Shown in pieces: positions 31,358 through 39,040 of a stretch of 43,428 bases of DNA. The notes under the pieces were generated by a model. It searched no databases and was not told the DNA's origin. It was given only the letters and a program-made list of their open reading frames with translations. The DNA lies in the IMG/VR virus record IMGVR_UViG_3300045988_029530, positions 1 to 43,428 of that record, one strand, 5' to 3'. Origin of the DNA: a virus. A program made the position numbers and the translations under genes. The first letter of the stretch is position 1, and every line of letters starts with the position of its first letter.

Positions 31358-33231
31358 CAGTGGATCTCGCTTCCCTCGTACTGCTCCCGCGCCATCGCGT
31401 AGAGCCGCCACATGCCCGTGCCCGCGATCTTGATGCGGTAGTAGTCGCAGCGCGTCGGCAGGATCGGGATCTGCACGCTCCGCTTCTTCCCGGCAGCCAG
31501 CGTCCACAGCGGCTTCCATGCGCCGCCGTCATACCGGATGCTGATCTGCACGCTTGCGCCCTCCTCCAGCTCCATCCGAAGCTGCAGCTTGCTCATGGCC
31601 TTGCGGTTCAGCGTCCCCGCCGTGAAGTCCCCGAATTCCGCGAAGCTCTCCACCGCCGCCGTCTCCCGCGTGGCCGGAGAGAACATCCCTCCGTCTCCGA
31701 TCAGGTCGATCACGCCGTTGCCGCCCTGCTCGTCGATTTTTATCAGTCCATAGATCGTTCCCTGATCGTAGGTCATGCAGAACAGGTTCTGGTCGTCCTC
31801 CTTCATCCACAGGCCGTGCTTGCTGTCATAGCAGTAGATTGCCCGCTCTCCGTCCACGGTCATCTGCGCGTAGTACCGCGTACCGTCCGAGCATGCCATC
31901 ACATGCTCGATCTTTCCCGTGCCGAAAACGCTTGTCTGGCTCACCGGATACTCGTCCGCGTAGATCATCATCCCCTCGCGGGAGAGATACAACAGCATGC
32001 CGCCCGCTGCGGCAATGCTCTCGTGCTCTCCTGTTTTCACGCCCGGCATTGCGATCTCCGAGACTTGGAAGGTCTGCGGCGTCGCGCCGTAGATGCGCAC
32101 CATCGCGTCCTCGCGGAAGAACGTCGGGTATCCACCGTAGCTCACGCCGCCGGTCAGCTCGCCCTTTTTCTGCGTCGCAAGGCTCCACGCATCCGTGCTC
32201 AGTCCCTCGAACACGTTCCAGTTCGTCGGGTCGCCCAGCTTGCTTGCATAGATGGTCTTTCCCTTCGCGCCCCAGAGGCGGTTGTCATGCTCAAAGCAGA
32301 AGTCCATATCCGGCACACTCCGCTTCAGTGTCACCGTGCCCTTAATTGTGACCTCCTTCACCGGCTCCCCATCCTCGCCCAGCGGCATCTTGAAGCAGTT
32401 GTCCGAGAAGAACAGCACGCCGCCCAGACCGCTTTCGCGCACGCCTGTCACAACCGCCGTCTTGTCGTTTCCCGGCGCTTCGGTCAGCCCTGAAATTTCC
32501 AGTCCGTCTCCGATATGAATCGCAGCGAGCAGATCCTGTGTTAGTCCGTATCCCTCGCTATATCCGGAAAAAGAAGTGAACGACAGAGCATTGGCCGTCG
32601 CTTTCTCCCCGTATACGGTTCCGTCCTCGATCTTCACTCCCGAAAGCTGAAACGTTGCTTCCATGCGGGTATAAAGCTCGTCGATGTACTTCCATTCCGT
32701 TCCTGTCCACTGGTATAATTTCTGCTTGAGTCCTTCCTGCAAGGATCGAATCTGCCCCTTTTCTGCTTCCGTCAGTACCGGGAAGTCGCTTTTGCTGCTG
32801 AGATACCCCTCGATTTTGTACTGTGTCTTTACCACGATTTTGTCCGGCATCAGGATCAGGCGATTGCCGAAGCGCACCATCTTCACCTCGTGGACACCCT
32901 CCGAGATATAGACATTGGCCGTTCCGCTCCATGCCGTCGATCTCATGATCATTCTTTTCTTTCCGCTGCTGAGAGGAAGAATCAGCACATACCAGATTTC
33001 CCCGTTGTCCGCATAAATTCCCGGATATCGTACTGAGCTGCTGTTATTCCCTTGCAAGGCGATCATCCGCTTCTCCCTCGGCTGCAGGATCGGGTACTCC
33101 TTGCACGTCAGGTTTTTCATATCGTAAAGCTCGCCGTCCCCGCATGAAAGGCTGTGACGCAGGCCGCCGAAGGCCACCTGCGTTGTCTTTTTGATCTTGT
33201 CCTCGTACTTCATGCTTGGCAGTTTGCTCAT
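31357..33231 (-). CDS. 624-aa beta-rich virion structural protein (tail / stabilisation-type, function unassigned)
   Basis: GGAGGAG SD before ATG 33231. The longer track ORF has an Arg-rich junk N-terminus. Located between the capsid gene and terL. Confidence 0.7.
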   Translation of the reverse strand: MSKLPSMKYEDKIKKTTQVAFGGLRHSLSCGDGELYDMKNLTCKEYPILQPREKRMIALQGNNSSSVRYPGIYADNGEIWYVLILPLSSGKKRMIMRSTAWSGTANVYISEGVHEVKMVRFGNRLILMPDKIVVKTQYKIEGYLSSKSDFPVLTEAEKGQIRSLQEGLKQKLYQWTGTEWKYIDELYTRMEATFQLSGVKIEDGTVYGEKATANALSFTSFSGYSEGYGLTQDLLAAIHIGDGLEISGLTEAPGNDKTAVVTGVRESGLGGVLFFSDNCFKMPLGEDGEPVKEVTIKGTVTLKRSVPDMDFCFEHDNRLWGAKGKTIYASKLGDPTNWNVFEGLSTDAWSLATQKKGELTGGVSYGGYPTFFREDAMVRIYGATPQTFQVSEIAMPGVKTGEHESIAAAGGMLLYLSREGMMIYADEYPVSQTSVFGTGKIEHVMACSDGTRYYAQMTVDGERAIYCYDSKHGLWMKEDDQNLFCMTYDQGTIYGLIKIDEQGGNGVIDLIGDGGMFSPATRETAAVESFAEFGDFTAGTLNRKAMSKLQLRMELEEGASVQISIRYDGGAWKPLWTLAAGKKRSVQIPILPTRCDYYRIKIAGTGMWRLYAMAREQYEGSEIH

Positions 33232-33383
33232 TTCTTCTCCTCCAATTTCTGGTCGATCTGCCCCAGCAGATAGTCCAGCGCCCGCAAAAGCTGCTTGTTG
33301 AACCTCTGCTGCGCCTCCAGATCCGTCTTTGTATTGCCGGTCATCTCCGGCGCTCGTACCAAAACGTTGATATTTTGCAGCAT
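33228..33383 (-). CDS. Small hypothetical protein (51 aa), below the ORF-track cutoff
   Basis: AGGAGG 7 nt before ATG 33383. MLQNINVLVRAPEMTGNTKTDLEAQQRFNKQLLRALDYLLGQIDQKLEEKK. ATGA overlap with the next gene. Confidence 0.45.
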   Translation of the reverse strand: MLQNINVLVRAPEMTGNTKTDLEAQQRFNKQLLRALDYLLGQIDQKLEEKK

Positions 33384-33406
33384 CTCTGCTTCCTCCTATG
33401 CCGTTT

Positions 33407-33435
33407 CCGGCGGGACGTGTTGCGCGCCCCGCCGG
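33407..33435 (-). other. GC stem-loop just after the major capsid gene (no U tract); possible mRNA stabiliser or partial terminator
   Basis: CCGGCGGG...CCCGCCGG, an 8-bp stem. Confidence 0.4.
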
Positions 33436-33443
33436 AGGATGTA

Positions 33444-34454
33444 TTAAAGGTTGCTGCCAAACGACAGGCCGCCTGCCGCTAAGCAGCGGAAGTCCACGAA
33501 AGCGCCGGTGTATCTCGCTCTGCCCTTCCAGACGTTCGCGTCGTTGTGCGCGATCTCGCTGGTCACGGTCAAATCCTTGCGCATCAGGTCGATTGCGCCG
33601 TCGTAGCGCTGGTTGAACTGGCTGTCCATCAGGATCCACGGCGTGTTCGTGCTGCCGGCGCAGTACTGGTTCAGCTCGTTCCACACGAGCACGTTCCACG
33701 CGCCGAACAGGTAGTTGAACTTGTTGCCCGCTGCGGTCGTCGGGTCGTTGTGTGCGCCCAGCACACCGAAAACCGCTTCCTTAATGGCAGCGTCATTCGG
33801 GATGATGATGGTGTCCGGGTTCATCACCAGCATGTTGCCGTTGTCGTCGTGGAAGTTCTGCATCTTCGTGGCCAGCTTGCCCAGCGCGGTCGCAGAGAAC
33901 GCGTCAGTGAACGCGTTGCACTGGTTCGCGCCCTTGATCTTGCAGGCGTGCGCCGTCGAAAAGAGCTTCGCGCCGTCGGCCGTGGTCGTTTCAAAGCTGA
34001 AATTGCCCTGCTTGTAGGCCGCCTGATTCTTGATCGCCGCACCGAGCAGACCCGCAAAGAACTTGCTGCGGCCGCGATGGTACGAATCGATAAAGATCTG
34101 CGGCTTGCCGACGAGGACGTTGTCCATCTTGTCCTCCATCATCTCCTGCGAGATGGAGAAGCTGCCCTTCCACGTCACGGCGGTCACGTACTTCTCATAG
34201 AGCTGCTCTGTGCTGCTCTGCGGGTATGCGCCGTTTTCGCCCACAGGGTCAAAGGAATCCGTTGCCCCTACGCCGGTAAAGGCCTCGGTGTGGTGCGTGG
34301 AGTTCACGCGCTTAAAGATCTTTGCGGCAATGTTGCTCTCGTCGTGCATCCATGCCTCGTCTCTGCGTTCCAGGAACGCCGCAATCGGGGCCTGAATCTC
34401 GCCGTATAACGCCTTTGCATTGTTGCTGGATTCACTCAGGATAATCTGTGCCAA
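33444..34454 (-). CDS. Major capsid protein (HK97-fold type inferred)
   Basis: 336 aa. TTG start with AAGGAG upstream. It follows the scaffold and decoration-like genes. The codon bias is very strong, typical of a highly expressed gene. No profile search was run. Confidence 0.75.
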   Translation of the reverse strand: MAQIILSESSNNAKALYGEIQAPIAAFLERRDEAWMHDESNIAAKIFKRVNSTHHTEAFTGVGATDSFDPVGENGAYPQSSTEQLYEKYVTAVTWKGSFSISQEMMEDKMDNVLVGKPQIFIDSYHRGRSKFFAGLLGAAIKNQAAYKQGNFSFETTTADGAKLFSTAHACKIKGANQCNAFTDAFSATALGKLATKMQNFHDDNGNMLVMNPDTIIIPNDAAIKEAVFGVLGAHNDPTTAAGNKFNYLFGAWNVLVWNELNQYCAGSTNTPWILMDSQFNQRYDGAIDLMRKDLTVTSEIAHNDANVWKGRARYTGAFVDFRCLAAGGLSFGSNL

Positions 34455-34482
34455 TTTTCATCTCTCCTTTCTTTCCGGCGGT

Positions 34483-34911
34483 TTAGCCGCCGCCGCCCGC
34501 TGCGGTCGTGGTCTTGGGGATACGCGGGAAGCGCACGTGCATCTTTCCGCCCGCTGCGGTGTCCAGCGGAACTACCACCTCCACGGCGGTGCCCGCCGTT
34601 GCGGTGATCTTCGTTCCCGTGCTGTCAATCGTCAGCCGACTGCCCGCCACGGCAGAGGTGTTCGCCACGGAGTTTTCCGTCTCAAACACCGTTTCCTCGT
34701 CAACCTTGATGCACGGGATGATGTCGCCCGAGGCCACCGTGCCCTGATACATGCCGATGTACTCCGGCCGGTTGTCACCGGTACACTTTGCCAGCTTGCC
34801 GCCGGACAGGTTCAGCGCCTGACCGGGCTTGATGCTGCCCAGTGCGCCCGCCTCCTTGTACTCCCACGGCGCCGGCTGGCCGTCGGCGTAGCTATAAGGG
34901 ATAAATGCCAT
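34483..34911 (-). CDS. Head decoration / DUF2190-like protein (142 aa from ATG 34911)
   Basis: Sits between the scaffold and capsid genes. Beta-rich, with a Gly-rich tail. Confidence 0.45.
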   Translation of the reverse strand: MAFIPYSYADGQPAPWEYKEAGALGSIKPGQALNLSGGKLAKCTGDNRPEYIGMYQGTVASGDIIPCIKVDEETVFETENSVANTSAVAGSRLTIDSTGTKITATAGTAVEVVVPLDTAAGGKMHVRFPRIPKTTTAAGGGG

Positions 34912-34922
34912 TTCTTTTAACC

Positions 34923-35831
34923 TCACTTTCTTTTCCGGTAATCGCGGGCGATTTCCTCGTCCGTGATATCGGGATTAAATCTGCGGTACATCTCCTTCAC
35001 CTGCTGCGGCACCACAAGCGCCTCGGCCTGATTCCCGGGTGTACCTCTCATGTGCGCTTGGGACATTGCGGCGTTTCTTGCCCGCTGCTCTCCCGCTGCG
35101 CGGTTTTTCTGCATGATCGCGTCAAAGTTTGCGGTCTTGTACGCCTGCACAAAGCTGCATCCCTTGCGCACCAGCTCGGCAAAGTCAGCGCCGGTGTCCA
35201 TGCGGATGATGTCGTCCAGCGTCTTGATCTCCGGATTGAGCCTCCGGATCTCCGCCAGCTCCATTTCCCGCCGCGCCGTAAAGTCCTGTACCTCGGCGCT
35301 TTCCTGCGACTGCTTTGCATTTTGCAGGATTGCCTGCATCTCCGGCGATGCCATCACCACGCTCTGCACGACCTCCGGGCTGAGCTTTCCGGCCTTCAGG
35401 TCCTGCTCTGCCTTGGCCTGCAGCTTTGCCTGCTGATATGCCGTGAGCTGCTCCATCGTCGTGACCGGCTGACCCGTTTTCGGGTCCTTCAGTCCCAGCA
35501 GGTTGAGAATCTCGGCGGCAGCGTCCTGCCGTCCCTTCTGCTCTGCCTGCTGTTCTCTGCGGTGGCGCTTCGCGGCCTCGCTTTCCTTGCTCGGCTTGTC
35601 CTTCCCCTCGGGTTCCTGCATGTCCGTTTCCGGCTGCGTCTCCCCCGACGGATTCCCATTGTCCTCGGCTGCCGGTTCGGTGACCTCCGGCGCATTACTA
35701 CCTGTGCCCTCCCCCTGCGCGGGTTCGGGCTGCTCCTCGGCCTGCGCTGCCGGTTCGGTGACCTCCGGCTGATTGCTACCTTCTTCCGGCTCGGGTACGC
35801 CGAAAAGCGCATAATATCGATTTTCTGCCAT
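34923..35831 (-). CDS. Scaffolding protein
   Basis: Acidic, Pro/Glu-rich N-terminus with the repeated motif EVTEPAA(Q/E), then long helical Gln/Ala/Lys/Glu segments. Lies immediately upstream of the capsid genes. GGAGGAAGC SD. Confidence 0.65.
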   Translation of the reverse strand: MAENRYYALFGVPEPEEGSNQPEVTEPAAQAEEQPEPAQGEGTGSNAPEVTEPAAEDNGNPSGETQPETDMQEPEGKDKPSKESEAAKRHRREQQAEQKGRQDAAAEILNLLGLKDPKTGQPVTTMEQLTAYQQAKLQAKAEQDLKAGKLSPEVVQSVVMASPEMQAILQNAKQSQESAEVQDFTARREMELAEIRRLNPEIKTLDDIIRMDTGADFAELVRKGCSFVQAYKTANFDAIMQKNRAAGEQRARNAAMSQAHMRGTPGNQAEALVVPQQVKEMYRRFNPDITDEEIARDYRKRK

Positions 35832-35868
35832 GCTTCCTCCATTGCCTTTTGGCTTGTTCTTTCGGCGG

Positions 35869-36006
35869 TCACTTCTTGCCGCCCGCTCTCGTTCTCAGGT
35901 CAGTGCCTCTGTGCACCTTGCCGCTGTCCTTGGTCTTGTGCTGATAAGCCGCCTTGACCTCCTGCGCGCCGACGTTTTTCACCTTGCCCTCATACGTCTT
36001 TTCCAC
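35869..36006 (-). CDS. Small basic hypothetical protein (45 aa, GTG start), first ORF after late-control module B
   Basis: GGAGG 9 nt before GTG 36006. (M)EKTYEGKVKNVGAQEVKAAYQHKTKDSGKVHRGTDLRTRAGGKK. Confidence 0.4.
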   Translation of the reverse strand: MEKTYEGKVKNVGAQEVKAAYQHKTKDSGKVHRGTDLRTRAGGKK

Positions 36007-36040
36007 TTCTTCTCACCTCCTCGCACCCTTCTTTTTCTCC

Positions 36041-36073
36041 ATTTTCTCAAAGTCACCCCCCGAGTTACTTCCA
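36041..36073 (-). promoter_or_regulatory. Late-control module B: TGGAAGTAACTCGGGGGGT-N8-GAAAAT
   Basis: The 19-mer at 36055..36073 is identical to the one at 42135..42153, and GAAAAT (36041..36046) has the same 8-nt spacing as at site A. Confidence 0.6.
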
Positions 36074-36092
36074 ACATTCGGGCGCTGCGGAC

Positions 36093-36124
36093 ATAAAAAT
36101 GCCCGGCGGGTCTCCCCGTCGGGC
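36093..36124 (-). terminator. Intrinsic terminator after the region-4-like HTH gene
   Basis: Minus-strand read: GCCCGACGGGgagaCCCGCCGGGC followed by AUUUUUAU. Confidence 0.7.
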
Positions 36125-36130
36125 TTGTCG

Positions 36131-36379
36131 CTAATTCTTCATGCGCTTCTGCGCGATCTGCATCTTTTCCATGATCTTCGGCAGCCGACGCTTTACCGTC
36201 GCCTGCGCCAGATACACCTCTGCCGCCACTTCCACCTGCGGCAGCCGGTCGATGTAGTAAAGCCGCGCGATCTTTTCGTTTTCCTCGCCAATGTTGGCCT
36301 GCGCGATTACCCGCTCCATTTCGCCCTTGGTCAGCTTTTGCAGCGCGGGCGGGAAGCTGATGCGGGCTTGCGGTGCCAT
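36131..36379 (-). CDS. Small sigma-70 region-4-like HTH protein (candidate late activator)
   Basis: 82 aa. IARLYYIDRLPQVEVAAEVYLAQATVKRRLPKI matches the region 4.2 HTH pattern. TAATG overlap with the endolysin stop. Confidence 0.6.
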   Translation of the reverse strand: MAPQARISFPPALQKLTKGEMERVIAQANIGEENEKIARLYYIDRLPQVEVAAEVYLAQATVKRRLPKIMEKMQIAQKRMKN

Positions 36380-37161
36380 TACTTCAGAAGGTACGTCCAG
36401 CTATTGCGGCCGATGATGCCGTCCACGCCGAGGCCGTGCTCGGCCTGCATCTTGCGCACGCCCGCCTCCATCTTCGGCCCGAACAGCTTGTCCGTCGCGG
36501 GAATGGCGTGGGGATAATAGCCCTTGTCCTTCATCAGCAGCATGGCCGCGCGGACGTCGTTGCCGCTCATGCCGCGCTTGAGCATTCTAAGCTCCATGGT
36601 GATCGTGTCCTCCTTTTTCGGTTCTTCAGGCGCCGGTGCAACCGGCTCGTCCTCGGTGGCCTTGCTGGCGTAGTCGGGCAAGCCGAAGCCACGGATGTAC
36701 CGGCCGTTGACCGCGATCTCGCGGTATCCGACCGCGTCATTTTTGTTGCCCTCAATGACGGTGATGGTCTTGCCGTCGCAGGCCGCCACGATGCCGACGT
36801 GGCTTGCGCCGCTGGTGCAGTCGCCCACGCCATTATCGCCCCACGCGTACATGATGACGTCGCCGGGCTTCGGGACGTAGCTGTCGCTTTCCTGCCAGCG
36901 CCCCAGCTTGCGGTACAGCTCGATCATGTTCCACACGCCGACCTCCGTCGGCATGATGCCCGTCAGGCCGAGCTTGATCGCCACCGCCGAGACAAAGCCC
37001 GCGCACCATGCGTCGGTGTACTTCAGCGCATACCCGCGTGCCAGCGGCCGGTGCGAGTTGTACACATCCACGATCTGGCGGTGACTGCCATCGGCCTCGT
37101 TGCAGCCGATCCACGCCTTCGCGGTGGCGACGACTCTTTCCCTGAGTTGAGTTTCTGTCAT
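36379..37161 (-). CDS. Endolysin: N-terminal CHAP/NlpC-P60-type peptidase plus C-terminal PG_binding_1 domain
   Basis: AGGAGG SD before ATG 37161. Catalytic Cys in YTDAWCAGFV and His in GASHVGIVAA. C-terminal GNDVRAAMLLMKDKGYY...FGPKMEAGVRKMQAEHGLGVDGIIGRNSW. Confidence 0.88.
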   Translation of the reverse strand: MTETQLRERVVATAKAWIGCNEADGSHRQIVDVYNSHRPLARGYALKYTDAWCAGFVSAVAIKLGLTGIMPTEVGVWNMIELYRKLGRWQESDSYVPKPGDVIMYAWGDNGVGDCTSGASHVGIVAACDGKTITVIEGNKNDAVGYREIAVNGRYIRGFGLPDYASKATEDEPVAPAPEEPKKEDTITMELRMLKRGMSGNDVRAAMLLMKDKGYYPHAIPATDKLFGPKMEAGVRKMQAEHGLGVDGIIGRNSWTYLLK

Positions 37162-37177
37162 GATAATCCTCCTTTTT

Positions 37178-37969
37178 TTAATTCTCAGTATAATCGTAAA
37201 TGATGGTGGCATTGTTCGCACCCCAAGGCGCATTCGCTACTTGCCCCTGCGACCACGGAACCTTGATGGTGGTTAGGTTGGAGCACCCGTTAAATGCAGA
37301 AGAGTGGATGGTCTTTGGGTTTCCCTCGAATGTAATACTTGTTAGCCCGGTGCAATTAGCAAACACACCGAAACCAATGTTCGTTATCCCAGGTGGCAGC
37401 CTAGTTATTGCCAGGTTGCGGCAACCATTGAACGCATAGTAACCGATGCGTGTTATTCCAGACGGCAGACTAGTTAGTGCAAGTTTGGGGCAGCTTTGAA
37501 ACGCATAGCTACCGATATTTGTCATGCCAGACGGCAAGCTGGTTAATGCAAGGTTGGGGCAATTATTAAACGCATAGTCACTGATGCTTGTTACCCCAGA
37601 CGGCAGGCTGGTTAATGCAAGCTTGGGACAACCGCTAAACGCACTGTAACCAATGGTCGTCAAATCACCCGGAAGTGTAGGGCTGACAGCCGTGCGTTCT
37701 ATCACTGCCTTGAAGCTGCCGCCACCCTCCAGAGTTCCGGTCACGCCGCCGATCACCACATCCTTCTTGATGTTCTCGGGCAGTAGGGTGTCCGGTTTTT
37801 GAATCGTCACCTTACGCATGCCTCTGGCGCTGGTGGGCAGGATGACCTGATTGCCAGAGGGCATAGACAGCGACACCGTCCGCTCCTCGGTAGCAAGCAC
37901 CTCCATCACTTGACCCATGTTGACCTCCAGGTCAGCGCCGGGAGAAAAAGTTACCGCAAACTCAATCAT
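37178..37969 (-). CDS. BspA-type leucine-rich-repeat protein with a fibre-like N-terminal module (candidate receptor-binding protein)
   Basis: Five to six repeats of the form LTSLPSGxTxIGxYAFxxCxxLA. Lower-GC segment. N-terminus MIEFAVTFSPGADLEVNMGQV parallels the N-terminus of 37966..38160. Confidence 0.8.
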   Translation of the reverse strand: MIEFAVTFSPGADLEVNMGQVMEVLATEERTVSLSMPSGNQVILPTSARGMRKVTIQKPDTLLPENIKKDVVIGGVTGTLEGGGSFKAVIERTAVSPTLPGDLTTIGYSAFSGCPKLALTSLPSGVTSISDYAFNNCPNLALTSLPSGMTNIGSYAFQSCPKLALTSLPSGITRIGYYAFNGCRNLAITRLPPGITNIGFGVFANCTGLTSITFEGNPKTIHSSAFNGCSNLTTIKVPWSQGQVANAPWGANNATIIYDYTEN

Positions 37970-38160
37970 AACAACGCACCATCCCGGAGAATACGCTCCA
38001 CAGGCACCGTGAATACTTGGGATGCCATGCGCTGCGGGTCTTGCGGACCGGCGGGGCCGGGGTCACCCTTGTCGCCTTTCTCTCCCTTCAAGCCACGGGT
38101 CAACTGTCCAAGTCCTACATTGAAACTGTCATTGGCGCGTAATTCAATATCAAAGTTCAT
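37966..38160 (-). CDS. Short collagen-like fibre fragment (64 aa), possibly a decayed fibre gene
   Basis: AGGAGG upstream. MNFDIELRANDSFNVGLGQL, then GEKGDKGDPGPAGPQ (5 GXY triplets), and it ends shortly after. ATGA overlap with the LRR gene. Confidence 0.45.
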   Translation of the reverse strand: MNFDIELRANDSFNVGLGQLTRGLKGEKGDKGDPGPAGPQDPQRMASQVFTVPVERILRDGALL

Positions 38161-38461
38161 CCAGTTTCCCCTCCTGCAAGATGCGTCCGACGGGAAGATT
38201 GAAGATTTGCGACGAGAACCGCACCTCGCCAACTCCAATTCGAAGCTGAATTTCTACCCCTGAATTCGAGGCTCCATTGAGCTTCAATGTTTCTTCTTCC
38301 GTGAGCGTGAAGGATACCGTTTTCCCGTCAATGGTCGAATCAGCAAGCCCCTTAGAAACCAGCACGCGCCCAAACTGTGAAAGCGCAAGATTCATCAGTG
38401 TGATGGTATTCGCCTCAATGGGCAGCGTGAAGGTCAGGGTCGGCGTAGTGCCGCGATACAT
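38150..38461 (-). CDS. Hypothetical beta-rich (Ig-like?) virion protein
   Basis: MYRGTTPTLTFTLPIEANTITLMNLALSQ... ATG 38461 overlaps the holin stop (TGATG). Confidence 0.6.
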   Translation of the reverse strand: MYRGTTPTLTFTLPIEANTITLMNLALSQFGRVLVSKGLADSTIDGKTVSFTLTEEETLKLNGASNSGVEIQLRIGVGEVRFSSQIFNLPVGRILQEGKLDEL

Positions 38462-38667
38462 CACTTTTCCCCTTTATTGTAGGTTGCCGAGCTGATCCCC
38501 AGCAGCACGCCGAGGAAGGTGTCCGCAGCCGTGATCGTGCCGACGACCTGCTCCCCGTAGGGAAGCCCCCAAATGCCGGACAGCGCGAAGTACAGCGTGC
38601 CCAGCGCGGGCAGCAGATACAGCGCGATCCACTTCAGTACGTCATAGGTCTTGTTTTTCAGTTTCAT
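38461..38667 (-). CDS. Holin (two-TM Firmicute phage type)
   Basis: 68 aa. YDVLKWIALYLLPALGTLYFALSGIWGLPYGEQVVGTITAADTFLGVLLG. Confidence 0.8.
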   Translation of the reverse strand: MKLKNKTYDVLKWIALYLLPALGTLYFALSGIWGLPYGEQVVGTITAADTFLGVLLGISSATYNKGEK

Positions 38668-38728
38668 GTTTACATACTCCTTTCAAATCTCCGCTTTCGC
38701 GGCTTTTTCCGATCTTCTTTCCCTGCTG

Positions 38729-39013
38729 TCAAAGTAGCTTTCCCAGCACCGCGCCCACCAGCACCGAGATCAGCGCCGTGATGATTGCCGTCACCACGCC
38801 GTCCCAGCGCTTCGCGGGCTTTTCCAGCAGCTTATCGACGTTGGTTTTGATCGTCGATACGTCGCTCTTGGTGTGCTCCATGTCCTTCTGCAAGCCGCAA
38901 ATCGCCGTCACCATCTTATCCTGCTCGTCCACGCGCTTTTCCAGCGTGTCCAGACGGTGGGTGTTGGACTTGCTCCGCTGCTCGTTCTCGATCACCTTTA
39001 CTTCAAGCTCCAT
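38729..39013 (-). CDS. XhlA-like protein (coiled coil plus C-terminal TM)
   Basis: 94 aa. Coiled-coil N-terminus, C-terminal TM segment VVTAIITALISVLVGAVLG. Position upstream of the holin matches the PBSX xhlA-xhlB arrangement. Confidence 0.65.
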   Translation of the reverse strand: MELEVKVIENEQRSKSNTHRLDTLEKRVDEQDKMVTAICGLQKDMEHTKSDVSTIKTNVDKLLEKPAKRWDGVVTAIITALISVLVGAVLGKLL

Positions 39014-39040
39014 CCGCTTTCCTCCTTCCCGCCTTACTTC

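Noticed and set aside
39014-39040. ccgccttacttctca between the fibre and XhlA-like genes, which partly resembles the late 19-mer (cgagttacttcca)
   Set aside because: Only about 10 of 13 bases match. There is no GGGGGG block, no GAAAAT at the right spacing, and no room for a promoter in the 27-nt spacer.
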